From assembly GCA_963844965.1 (NCBI GenBank), contig CAWJQC010000004.1, positions 152,489 through 216,488 on the forward strand: a DNA stretch of 64,000 nt, written 5' to 3'. The notes beneath the pieces are model-generated. The model did no database searches. It was not told the origin of the DNA and saw only the letters and a program-made list of their open reading frames with translations. This DNA comes from an uncultured bacterium. Its GTDB lineage: Bacteria; Patescibacteriota; Minisyncoccia; UBA6257; 2-01-FULL-56-20. The position numbers and the translations under genes are program-made. This document shows positions 28,866 to 38,364 of the stretch, piece after piece (position 1 is the first letter of the stretch; every line of letters starts with the position of its first letter).

Positions 28866-29165
28866 TTATTGTTGACCGGTGGAAGACATCGCCGCTGTTG
28901 AGCTTTGCGGAACGATGATTATCATCTTTTCGCCAGGCGCCTTGTAATTGAAGCGCGCGCGAAGTTCTTTTTCCAAATTCGCGGGGTTGGAGTAGTAATC
29001 CAGTTCGGCCTGAAGCTCCGCATTGTCCTGTTTCGCCGCGTTGACTTTATCCTCCAAGGAAAAATATTCCTTCATCGCCGTGTTCGCCTCGCCCCAGAAC
29101 TTATAAACCTGGACGCCGAGCAGCACGATTACAATTGATAAAACTATGGAAGCGGTTAATTTCAT
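28866..29165 (-). CDS. ftsB: Septum formation initiator FtsB/DivIC-like
   Basis: 99 aa, N-terminal TM plus coiled coil (KVNAAKQDNAELQAELDYYSNP). Confidence 0.6.
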   Translation of the reverse strand: MKLTASIVLSIVIVLLGVQVYKFWGEANTAMKEYFSLEDKVNAAKQDNAELQAELDYYSNPANLEKELRARFNYKAPGEKMIIIVPQSSTAAMSSTGQQ

Positions 29166-29302
29166 CCCGTTAGAAGCAGATCGCGATTGGCGACCAGCAC
29201 AACAATTTGTTTGATTTGCGATAATTGTCCATTCATTGATAAAAATTTCATAATCGCACCAAGCAATCGCGCCTGCCTGCCGGCAGGGCTTCTAACGGGA
29301 TT
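29164..29302. other. Structured intergenic element. An 11-bp terminal inverted repeat (cccgttagaag/cttctaacggg) encloses ~117 nt with internal hairpins. Candidate small RNA or regulatory structure.
   Basis: Inverted repeats read directly. Internal ctgccggcag palindrome. 240-bp non-coding gap in an otherwise compact region. Confidence 0.3.
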
Positions 29303-29407
29303 CATTCCTATCACCTTTTATGGTAACTCATAAATTTATATTGCCAAGTCATTGACATAAAAAATGTTGTTTTATACAATACATCCAGCTCGCATAAGGA
29401 GATAAAC

Positions 29408-29710
29408 ATGGAAGAAACAGACGGACACGAGCGGGAAGAAAGAATGGTGTTTTGCGGGCAAGTTGGCCACGTCCAAGCAACAACCATCGTTATTGTTGAA
29501 GGCGGCGTGACCCCTTCCGCGCGTATTGTGCTCAAGCACGACGATACCTATCGGAACGATATGCCACCGAAATTTGAAAAGCTCCCGCCGCTCTTTAAGT
29601 TAGAGCCCTACGAGGCAACACTTCTCGCCGAGACTCTTATCGCGGCCGCCGAAGCGGCGAAGGCCGCCATCGGCAAACGTAAACGTGATCCAATCATACG
29701 GGGAGGATAA
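29408..29710 (+). CDS. Hypothetical protein (strong SD aaggag)
   Basis: 100-aa ORF with a canonical RBS 7 nt upstream. Confidence 0.45.
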   Translation: MEETDGHEREERMVFCGQVGHVQATTIVIVEGGVTPSARIVLKHDDTYRNDMPPKFEKLPPLFKLEPYEATLLAETLIAAAEAAKAAIGKRKRDPIIRGG

Positions 29711-29720
29711 TACGACGACA

Positions 29721-29888
29721 ATGCCGAACGGAAATCCATCCACCAAAACAGAAAAACTCAGCAAATGTTGCAACGCGCCCATAGAACCAAACATTGGCGT
29801 TATTCCTGGAGACAATATCTGGCGCGACTATTGCACAAAATGCGACTGCGTCGTTGAACCAAGCCTGGGAATCTGTGCCGATGCCTGA
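29721..29888 (+). CDS. Small Cys-rich peptide (6 Cys in 55 aa). Hypothetical, possibly a secreted or modified peptide.
   Basis: MPNGNPSTKTEKLSKCCNAPIEPNIGVIPGDNIWRDYCTKCDCVVEPSLGICADA with SD ggaggat upstream. Followed by a plus-strand terminator. Confidence 0.35.
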   Translation: MPNGNPSTKTEKLSKCCNAPIEPNIGVIPGDNIWRDYCTKCDCVVEPSLGICADA

Positions 29889-29907
29889 ACGCCCGATACC
29901 CAAGCCC

Positions 29908-29947
29908 AACTCTTCTGCGGGGACGAACTAGCACCTTGCCCCCGTTT
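29908..29947 (+). terminator. Rho-independent terminator (cgggg…ccccg + TTTTTTATTT), bidirectional between convergent genes
   Basis: ctgcggggacgaactagcaccttgcccccgttttttattt. Confidence 0.6.
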
Positions 29948-29948
29948 T

Positions 29949-31789
29949 TTATTTCTTCAAAATCTCCCGGAACACCTCCGGCGACAGCTCCACCTTAGCC
30001 ATACTCTGCAATTTCTCCTTACCGCGCCGCTGTTTCTTCCAAAGTTTCATCTTGCGCGTCCTATCGCCGCCGGTCTTGCCGAAATTGCCGAGCAATTTTT
30101 TCATCGCCGGGATCGTTTCACGGGCTATTATTCTCCCCTGCGCCCGTGCCTGGATCGCCTGCACGAACTGCTCCTTGGGCAAAAGATTTTTCAGTCGCTC
30201 AACCGTTGCGCGCCCTTCACGCTCCAGGTCTTTCTTGGGCACGATGCGCGTCAAAGCCGGCACGACATCGCCCACAATTAAAATCTCCAATTTCTCCACG
30301 TCCGCTTCTTCCTCGCCGGCTAATTCATAGTTGAAAGAGGCATAACCCGCGGAAACCGATTTCAACCTATCGTCAAAATCGCGGATAAGTTCGGCAAGTG
30401 GCATCCGGCCGACCAGAAGCAGGTTCTCGCCCATATTTTGGATTTCCGAGATTTCCAGATCAAAAACCATTTTCAGGTTCATGATCTGGTTCAGGTATGT
30501 CTGCGGCGTGAGTATTTCCACTTTAATCATCGGCTGCCAAACCTTCTCCGGCTTATCCGGAAACGCATGCGCCTCTTTAGCAATGAACTCGCGCGAGCCG
30601 TCCTTGATGTGATAGGCGATGGACGGAAAGCTCGTCAAAAAATCCAGATTGAATTCCCGTTGCAGCCGGCTCGCCGTAATCTCAAAATGCAACTGGCCGA
30701 GAAATCCCACTTTCAATCCTCTCCCCAGCGCTTCGTTCGCGTCGGGCTCAAAGCTCAAAGCGGCATCGGTTAGGCGCAAGCGCTCAAGCCCTTTTTTTAA
30801 ATCCTCAAACTTAGTAGCGCCATCGGGATAAAACGAAATAAAAACCACCGGTGCCGGCTCACGGTAGCCGGGAAGCGGTTTCGCTGACGCATCCGGTTTT
30901 GTGACCGTATCGCCGATTTTGATGAGCGCCGGCTCTTTGAGACCAGTCGCAATATAGCCCATACCGCCGGCGGAAATTTTATCCTCCGGCTTCAATTCCG
31001 GCGCGAAACAGCCGGTTTCTTTTATCTTTACTTTCGTTCCCTGGGCGAGCAGTTTTATTTCCTCGCCGCTTCGGAATTCGCCGCTGAACACACGGATGAA
31101 CGCGAGTATTCCCTTGTGGTCATCGTAAAGCGAATCGAAAATGAGTGCGCTCGCTTCGGCATGGAAAATTTCTTTCGGGGGCGGAACTCGCGAATTACCG
31201 CTTCCAAAAGTTCTTTCGCTCCTTCGCCGGTTTTTGCCGAAACCTTGAAAATTTCCCCTTCGTCGACGCCCAAGAGCTCGGCGGTCGCTTTTACGATTTT
31301 ATTCAAATGCGGCAGCTGTAAATCAATCTTGTTCACCGCGCCGATGATTTTGAGCCCGGTCTTGCGCGCCGCGCGGAGATTGGATAAGGTCTGCGCCTGG
31401 ATCCCTTTCGTGCCGTCAACCAAAAGTATCGCGCCCTCAACCGCCGCAAGCGCGCGGGAAACCTCATAAGAGAAATCGGAATGTCCCGGCGTATCTATCA
31501 AATTAAGAATGTATTCTGAATTTGAATTTTTAATTTTCAATTTTGCAATTTCCAAATTGTTTGAAAATTGAGAATTAGAAATTGAAAATTGCGGATGGTA
31601 CGCCATCCGGACGGGCGCCATTTTGATGGTTATCCCCCGCTCGCGTTCAAGTTCCATCTTGTCCAAATACTGCGGCACCATATGCCGCGCGTCCACCGTG
31701 CCCGTGAGTTCCAAAAAACGGTCGGCAAGAGTGGACTTGCCGGAATCGATATGAGCGATAATAACAAAATTTCTGATGTTCTCTTCCAT
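29949..31789 (-). CDS. lepA: Elongation factor 4 (LepA), split by a single frameshift in a G5/C5 homopolymer near 31185-31189
   Basis: The N-terminal GTPase (IIAHIDSGKSTLADR, DTPGH, NKID) is in ORF 31055-31855. The C-terminal LepA domains are in ORF 29949-31091. The frames join at tttcgggggcgg. Confidence 0.85.
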
Positions 31790-31820
31790 ATTGTTGCAGT
31801 GTACAAAAAAAAGCGGCCGT

Positions 31821-32210
31821 TCACAAGGAACGGCCACCAGCGATCTTTCCGGCACACAATTGCCGCAGGAATGGACTACCCTTTATAGTTCCGGCGTAGC
31901 CGAGTGTTTCGCCCACCTTGGCATGAGATTGATAGTAGGGAGCGACGCCTCCTCCGATTTCAACCATGGTTTCATGAGCCCACTTGGCGAGCTCATCGGC
32001 TGGCCTTTCGCATATTTTCACCATCACTATCTCCCGGCCCCCTTCCGACAAAACCAGGCATCCGGGATTCATGTCCAAGCGGGCGCGGAATATCCGCTCG
32101 GCTCCGCCCATAGAAACCCTCACATCGCCCTCCAAGCAAAGGTCTTTCTGTAATACAAGTTCTGCCCTAAGCTCTCCTCTTTCCTCAAAATCATTGCCAT
32201 TTGGTTTCAC
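31821..32210 (-). CDS. Hypothetical protein (possibly a PPC/DUF296-like fold)
   Basis: 129-aa ORF. Weak family resemblance only. Confidence 0.3.
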   Translation of the reverse strand: MKPNGNDFEERGELRAELVLQKDLCLEGDVRVSMGGAERIFRARLDMNPGCLVLSEGGREIVMVKICERPADELAKWAHETMVEIGGGVAPYYQSHAKVGETLGYAGTIKGSPFLRQLCAGKIAGGRSL

Positions 32211-32272
32211 AACAACATCCTCCTGCCCAAATTCTGAAACAATCTATATGCCAGTGCCAATTAAACAATGCT

Positions 32273-34237
32273 CTATATCTTCTCCAGCGTCAAGTTCAAA
32301 ATCAGCCGACCGGGCATATTCTCCGTCGCTGATGTTGAGGAACCGTTCAGCCACGGCAGGGTTGTCGTACTATCGTATTCAAAAACCGGCAAATTATTTT
32401 CCTCAAATCTGAAACCGACCGGCGCACTGATCATGAAACTATAATTTCTCGCGGTGCCGGCCTGTTTATCAAAAACAAATTGGTACTTCATGCCGTCCGC
32501 GGGCGGCAGATATAACCTCGTTTTGTAATCAAAAACAATCTGTGATTTTTGGCCGACTGCGAGCTTTGACCATGTCGCGAAAACGTTTTTCCCGGATTCG
32601 GGATGCTCGGAAACCGCCGGATAGTTGAAAACCTTTTCCGTTGACGATTCAATCGCCGCGACGTAATCGTCCGCGACATAGCCGTTCTTCGCATAATTTA
32701 TCGGCGGCGTTATTTTCTTGTCCAGGGTACCACTCGCGTTAACAAGCTCGCTTGTCGGCGGCAAGAAAAGCTGGATGTAATCCAGGTTGGGCATTTTGTA
32801 CCACCAATATATTCCCTTCGCGCCATCGTGTTCGCGCGAAATGATCAAATGATCGGAAACCGTGCCGTCGTCGTTTATCTGGCTTTGCAATTCAACGTCC
32901 TGCTTAACGAAAATATCCGACTTGCCGCCGCCGAGGTTCGCGTCCACAAGCGCCAGATAGTCGCCCTCAAAGTCGGACGGAAGTTCATACGTCTTACCAG
33001 AAAATCCGTAGTAATCCAAAAATTTTTCCAACTCTGCATCCTTGAAATACAGCATTATATCCTTGCTCTGGAGCCAATTGTAGACGAGGCCGAAAAATTC
33101 CTGCTTTTGCGAAGCGTCAAGCGCCTGAAGCTTTTCCAAAATTCCCGCGGCAAGTTCTTTGAGCGCTTTTTTCGGATAAGTGGCGCGGCTTGTCTGCCCC
33201 TCTTCAACCATTTTTTGCAATTCCAAAAGAAAATTATCCTCATTCAAGGCGACGCGCGTGCTTGAAACCACGATCGGGCCAGTGATCCGGAGAATGTCGC
33301 TTATGACGTCGGGCGAAACGGCAATCGCTCCGTCAAACGTCGTGGACGAAGCCGCGTGCATCCCTGAAGCCTCCATAAACTTAATCACCTGCGCAGCCGA
33401 TTTTGAAAAATCAAAAAACCAGTTGGCGTCCGCCGCTTTCCAGCCCGTAACTTCCGCCTGCAATGGCTTTGGCGGAATTATTTTCTCGCCAAAATCTTTC
33501 ATGGCGTCATTTATATCGTGAACATCCACGCTCGCAATGTTCGCCTTATCCAAAGTCACGTCCGCGTAACTTCCGAAAAATCCTCCCGCCGGCCTTATCT
33601 CGGACGGATTTTGGAACATCACCAAAAGATGCCGCGGAGAATCGGACTTCAGCCAACCGAGAAGCGAATCAAGGAAAGACTCATACCGCGCCAGATCCAA
33701 TTTCAGCGGTATGTAAAAATCAAAAGTTGAAGAAGCGAGGGACTTTAGTTTCGCGGCGTCGGAAGAAAGCTCATCGCTCTGTTCGGAGATCCCTTTTAGC
33801 GAATCGTCAACCGTTTCCAGGTGCGAAATAATTTCGTCGCCCTTCCGATTCAAGAGAAGGTCGGGAAGGTTGCTCTCAAAAAATCCGACTTCTTCAGCGA
33901 GCGTAGTCCCTTCCTTAGTGACGCCGCCCAAGCCGGAAATCAAATCGCCGGCTCCGCCGAAGAATGACCCCATCTCTCCCCAAATGCTTCCGTTCGCCTC
34001 TAAACCGCTCCCCGCCGCTCCAAAATTATTTTCGGCGGCGCCGTAATTAAAGTTCTTGAGGTCACTAACTCCCTCTTCCAGTTTATTTAAATTATTAGCC
34101 GCCAAACTCGCCGCCTGTCTGGAACTATCATATAAATGCACCGCGAGCGACACGGCGAAAATCAAAATCAAAGCAACCACTCCCCAAATGATCCCCTTCG
34201 GCAGGGAATTTTTCCGCGGCAAATTTTCTTCGGGCAT
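32273..34237 (-). CDS. DUF4012 domain-containing membrane-anchored protein
   Basis: 654 aa with an N-terminal TM. Central region typical of DUF4012, which is abundant in CPR bacteria. Confidence 0.6.
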   Translation of the reverse strand: MPEENLPRKNSLPKGIIWGVVALILIFAVSLAVHLYDSSRQAASLAANNLNKLEEGVSDLKNFNYGAAENNFGAAGSGLEANGSIWGEMGSFFGGAGDLISGLGGVTKEGTTLAEEVGFFESNLPDLLLNRKGDEIISHLETVDDSLKGISEQSDELSSDAAKLKSLASSTFDFYIPLKLDLARYESFLDSLLGWLKSDSPRHLLVMFQNPSEIRPAGGFFGSYADVTLDKANIASVDVHDINDAMKDFGEKIIPPKPLQAEVTGWKAADANWFFDFSKSAAQVIKFMEASGMHAASSTTFDGAIAVSPDVISDILRITGPIVVSSTRVALNEDNFLLELQKMVEEGQTSRATYPKKALKELAAGILEKLQALDASQKQEFFGLVYNWLQSKDIMLYFKDAELEKFLDYYGFSGKTYELPSDFEGDYLALVDANLGGGKSDIFVKQDVELQSQINDDGTVSDHLIISREHDGAKGIYWWYKMPNLDYIQLFLPPTSELVNASGTLDKKITPPINYAKNGYVADDYVAAIESSTEKVFNYPAVSEHPESGKNVFATWSKLAVGQKSQIVFDYKTRLYLPPADGMKYQFVFDKQAGTARNYSFMISAPVGFRFEENNLPVFEYDSTTTLPWLNGSSTSATENMPGRLILNLTLEKI

Positions 34238-34375
34238 TTTGCGTAAGCTTCTCTTTTAAAACAATTCTACCTCAACCCGTGAAAACTTAAAAATTTGTCT
34301 GAAAAACAGATAAAAAAGCTGCCGGGTTCACCGAGCAGCCACTATTTTTATCCGATAGACGAAATGGGCGGAATT

Positions 34376-34548
34376 ATTTCAAAAGTGAGTGATTACTAGC
34401 GAAATTGCGGGGATGGGAAAGCGTGGCGCTATAAAAACCTTATCCAGCCATTCAAAGCCATAAAAAATCGCGACCACAACCCCAGCCAATAAACAGGCGC
34501 GCAGCAGGCATTTAGCCAACTCTTTCGCGTTCTCTCTGTTCACTCGCA
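34376..34548 (-). CDS. Small (57-aa) membrane protein, not in the supplied ORF track
   Basis: Hand translation gives MRVNRENAKELAKCLLRACLLAGVVVAIFYGFEWLDKVFIAPRFPIPAISLVITHF with a strong SD (gaaggaggaagcag) before the ATG at 34548. Confidence 0.4.
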
Positions 34549-34652
34549 TCTGCTTCCTCCTTCAAAAATTGACCTCTAAACTTTATACAGCAAAACGCGG
34601 AAAGGCGCAAGTTCTGAACGCTGGAGTTTTTATCGGAACATATTTTGATATA

Positions 34653-36671
34653 ATGATTTCAATGGAAAGCGTCCTCAAAAAAATTTCGTCTTATTCGGCT
34701 ATCTGGGTTCTCATTTTAATCTGCCTTGTGTCTTTCTCGCTCATGCTCTGGGGCGCACGTACCGACTCCGCCATCATGGACGAACTCGCGCACATTCCCG
34801 CCGGCTACGGCTATGTACATAATTTTTCCTACGACCTGAATCCCGAACACCCGCCGCTCGTAAAGGCATTGGCGATGCTGCCGGTTCTTTTTCTTAATCC
34901 AACCTATCCAACGCAGGACACCGCCTGGACAACCGACGTAAACGGCCAGTGGGCAATGGGAACGAAATTCCTCTACGAATCCGGCAATGACGCAAATCAA
35001 ATCCTGCGATTGGCGCGCGTGGGTCCCACGTTGCTCACAATCCTGCTAATCGTTCTTATATACATCTGGTCGCGGGAACTTCTCGGTAATTGGTGGGGAC
35101 TTTTGCCCGCGTTCCTCTTCGGATTATCGCCGACAGTCCTTGCTCACGGACACTACGTGACAACCGATATCGGAGCGGCATTCGGCGCCGTCTTTGCGAC
35201 TTATTATTTCCTGAAATTACTTCAGGGACCGTCGCGCAAACGGCTCATCTACGCAGGATTGGCGTTCGGCATTGCCACCATCACCAAATTTTCAACAGCG
35301 CTCCTCGTCCCCTATTTCATAATCCTGTTACTTGTGTATTATATCGCGGGAGTTTTACGGGACTGGAACCAAACCGATGCGGGCCGGAGATTTCGGCGAT
35401 TCGCCAGACGCGCCTGGAATTACCTTAAAACAATCGTGGCAATTTTCGTCATTGGTTATGTTTTGATCGTCTATCCGGTGTACTTTCTCTTCACCGTCAA
35501 CTACCCGCCCCAAAAACAAACGGCCGATACCGAATTTATCCTGACGTCTTTCGCAAGCGGCCCCACGCCAACCGGCCAAATTTGCAAACCGGCGCGCTGT
35601 CTGGCGGATCTGGATATTTGGCTCACGAAAAATCCGGTAACGCGCCCGCTCGCTGAATACATGCTCGGTGTTTTGATGACCTTGCAACGCTCAGCCGGCG
35701 GTAACACGAGCTATTTTCTCGGCCAGGTCTCGGCCGCCGGCTCGCCGCTCTACTTTCCGCTAATTTATTTATTGAAAGAACCTCTGCCTACGATACTTAT
35801 GGTTCTCGTCGCGTTCGCCGTGAGCCTGTGGGGAATAGCCAAAAAGATCAAAAATCAATTATCCCCAAAGCGGAACAAATTCGCCGCGGGGCTGGCAAAA
35901 ATCAAAAACAATTTTCTTGATTATTTAGGCGTGAACTTTCCGGAATTTTCAATGATCGTTTTTATAGTCATTTACTGGGGCTGGAGTATACAAAGTCCCC
36001 TGAATATCGGCTTCCGTCATTTACTGCCCACACTTCCGTTAATATACATACTAACCGCCGGCGTCTGGAAACGATGGGTAACGGGAATACGGCCGGCCGC
36101 AGGCCTATTTGGATTTGCTTTCGTGTGGTCCACGTTCAAATCGCTTTTTACAAACCTGCTCAAATATTTTCTTCTCGTATTACTTCTCCTGTGGTTCGCC
36201 GCGGAAACTGCCTTCGCCGCACCTTATTTCCTTTCATACTTCAACGAGATCGGCGGCGGTATCTGGGGCGGCTACCGTTACGTTACGGACTCAAACTATG
36301 ACTGGGGACAGGATCTCCTGCGGTTGCAGAATTTCGTTTCGGCGCATTCGGAGATAGACAAAATCGCTGTTGATTATTTCGGCGGCGGAAATCCTAAATA
36401 TTATCTCGGCGATAAAGAAACAGATTGGCAATCTTCAAAAGGTAATCCCGCCGACACGGGCATTCACTGGCTCGCAGTGTCCATAAACAACCTACAGGGC
36501 GCAATCCAGCCGCTCGCGGCTGGACAGCAGAGAAATCCGCAGGATGAGTACGGCTGGCTCACGGCCCTGCGGCCGCCCGCCTCCACGGCGGGCAAGCCCG
36601 CGCCGGGACTCGGCAACGTACCCGAACCGGATTTCAGAGTCGGCACGTCAATATTCATCTATAAGTTGTAG
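34653..36671 (+). CDS. Glycosyltransferase family 39-like (ArnT/PMT-type) polytopic membrane glycosyltransferase
   Basis: The first periplasmic loop has the DE motif (AIMDELAHIPAGY). ~12 TM segments. An extended -10 (tgatataat) lies immediately upstream. Confidence 0.65.
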   Translation: MISMESVLKKISSYSAIWVLILICLVSFSLMLWGARTDSAIMDELAHIPAGYGYVHNFSYDLNPEHPPLVKALAMLPVLFLNPTYPTQDTAWTTDVNGQWAMGTKFLYESGNDANQILRLARVGPTLLTILLIVLIYIWSRELLGNWWGLLPAFLFGLSPTVLAHGHYVTTDIGAAFGAVFATYYFLKLLQGPSRKRLIYAGLAFGIATITKFSTALLVPYFIILLLVYYIAGVLRDWNQTDAGRRFRRFARRAWNYLKTIVAIFVIGYVLIVYPVYFLFTVNYPPQKQTADTEFILTSFASGPTPTGQICKPARCLADLDIWLTKNPVTRPLAEYMLGVLMTLQRSAGGNTSYFLGQVSAAGSPLYFPLIYLLKEPLPTILMVLVAFAVSLWGIAKKIKNQLSPKRNKFAAGLAKIKNNFLDYLGVNFPEFSMIVFIVIYWGWSIQSPLNIGFRHLLPTLPLIYILTAGVWKRWVTGIRPAAGLFGFAFVWSTFKSLFTNLLKYFLLVLLLLWFAAETAFAAPYFLSYFNEIGGGIWGGYRYVTDSNYDWGQDLLRLQNFVSAHSEIDKIAVDYFGGGNPKYYLGDKETDWQSSKGNPADTGIHWLAVSINNLQGAIQPLAAGQQRNPQDEYGWLTALRPPASTAGKPAPGLGNVPEPDFRVGTSIFIYKL

Positions 36672-36770
36672 TGATTTGAATTCACAACAGCCAACCGCCA
36701 ACACCTTTTATCCTAAGATTAAAACGGATCAATATTATAAAGGCCGACAAAAAGTTTAACTATAACCAGC

Positions 36771-37223
36771 GTGGCACAAATAACTTTAATAATAATTGCA
36801 GCACTTGTGTTTTTGATTGTAGGCTTGGCTGTGGGCTATTTACTGGAGAAAGAGAAGGCTGAAGGTGAATTTCCGCAGAAGAAAGAAGAGGCACTAAAGG
36901 GATCGAGGGCGGTTACCAAGGGAAAGGTCTCTGAAAATTTTGCCCTGCTGATTCCAGATTTTCAGAAACAGTTTCCGGATTTGAACCTTTCTGAGGCCAG
37001 ATTTATGGGCGGGCCGATTGACTATTTATTTTTTGAAGGAATGGATGAAAAGAAAATCACCAAAGTTGTTTTTCTTGAGGTCAAATCTGGAAAACACCCC
37101 CGCCTAAACGAAAATGAAAGTAGTTTGAAAGACGCCATAGATGACGCTGAAAAGAAGGGTGCGAGCGTGATTTGGCGAGAATATAAAATTCCAGAAGATA
37201 CAACAGAAAACCCAGAGAACTGA
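36771..37223 (+). CDS. Membrane-anchored PD-(D/E)xK (Hjc-like) nuclease-fold protein
   Basis: N-terminal TM, then GGPIDYLFFEG…VVFLEVKSGK (D…ExK). Confidence 0.5.
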   Translation: MAQITLIIIAALVFLIVGLAVGYLLEKEKAEGEFPQKKEEALKGSRAVTKGKVSENFALLIPDFQKQFPDLNLSEARFMGGPIDYLFFEGMDEKKITKVVFLEVKSGKHPRLNENESSLKDAIDDAEKKGASVIWREYKIPEDTTENPEN

Positions 37224-37378
37224 TACCGCCCGAGGGGACGAACCAATCAGGACAATCAAGATCAATCGGCTGATTCGCTACTTATAACACGACTGCGTCT
37301 TCCCAGCGCGGAGGCTTTCGTTTTGAGAAAACCGTAGCCGCTTTCCCCTACTACATTCTACCTACTACTTTCTACATT

Positions 37379-38326
37379 CTATTTATAATACGCCCTGTTC
37401 TCCACGCGGAAATCAATGTAATCCAGATTATTGAATCCCGGTTTTGACATCAGATCTCTGATAACGGCGAGATCGTTCGCGGCCGAAAAACGCAGGCTGA
37501 AATAAAGTTCCGGGCCGTCATACGTCAGAACCGTAACCTCCTCGTTGGTAAGGTTATTCAGGCGAATTTCCTCAATGTTCAAACCGCTTGATTTCAGCGT
37601 CTCAAAAACCGAGAACGCGTTAGAGATGAATTCCTGCGGCAGAATTGACGAACCCAATCCGATATTCTTCTGCGAATAATCGTCAACCGTCGTTATCAAA
37701 CTTCCTTCGGCCGCAAGCGCGCGCTTGAAAAGAACGCCGTCCTCGTCAAACCACCAACACGACGCGGACAGCTGCGGACCCGCCTGCGCCGACGCTTCGG
37801 CGGGCAGGCTTGACGCTGACAGTTGCTGACCCTCTGTCGTTGTCTGCGTTTCATCCGCCACTGTCCGCGTCTCTTCCGCGTCTGTCTGCGTTCCGTCGGC
37901 GTCTGTCTGCGGTTCCCGAAGGCACCAGATGCCATACGGCTTGCGTTCCTCAACATTCACGGAGACGGTCGCGGAGCGATAGCCCTTCTCGATCGTGAGG
38001 CTTTTTATTTCCGGAATGAACGCCAAATCCGCCGCTGAAAGTTCTTTCGGCCACGCGAGGATATTGTCGAATCCGAGAAGCGCTTTCCATAAATCATGGC
38101 CGCGGAGCACGCTGGACTGGAGGAGCGCCACAATGGTGCTGGAAGATACCGCGCTATTTCCTTCCACGGAGACGGTTTTAACGCGCAGCCACGGCGAACG
38201 AAGCACAAACCACGCGGCGCCGACGAGAAGAATGTAGACGACGAGGCAGGCGAGGAGAATGAAAAAGTACCGCCGCCGCTTCTTGCGCTTTTTCTGCTTC
38301 TCGGGAAGATATGAATCAAACTCCAT
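37379..38326 (-). CDS. ftsQ: Cell division protein FtsQ/DivIB (POTRA) with an acidic Thr/Asp/Glu-rich repeat insertion
   Basis: Basic N-terminus plus TM, POTRA-like region (LRVKTVSVEGNSAVSSSTI), insertion TDADGTQTDAEETRTVADETQTTTEGQQ encoded by gtctgcgt-type DNA repeats. Confidence 0.65.
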   Translation of the reverse strand: MEFDSYLPEKQKKRKKRRRYFFILLACLVVYILLVGAAWFVLRSPWLRVKTVSVEGNSAVSSSTIVALLQSSVLRGHDLWKALLGFDNILAWPKELSAADLAFIPEIKSLTIEKGYRSATVSVNVEERKPYGIWCLREPQTDADGTQTDAEETRTVADETQTTTEGQQLSASSLPAEASAQAGPQLSASCWWFDEDGVLFKRALAAEGSLITTVDDYSQKNIGLGSSILPQEFISNAFSVFETLKSSGLNIEEIRLNNLTNEEVTVLTYDGPELYFSLRFSAANDLAVIRDLMSKPGFNNLDYIDFRVENRAYYK

Positions 38327-38364
38327 ATTCCTATATAAACATATATAATGATAATAACAACTCT

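Noticed and set aside
37340-37378. ctac/gtag-rich AT repeats (also 44191-44222)
   Set aside because: They are short low-complexity UTR sequences with no evidence of function beyond possible RBS-proximal composition.
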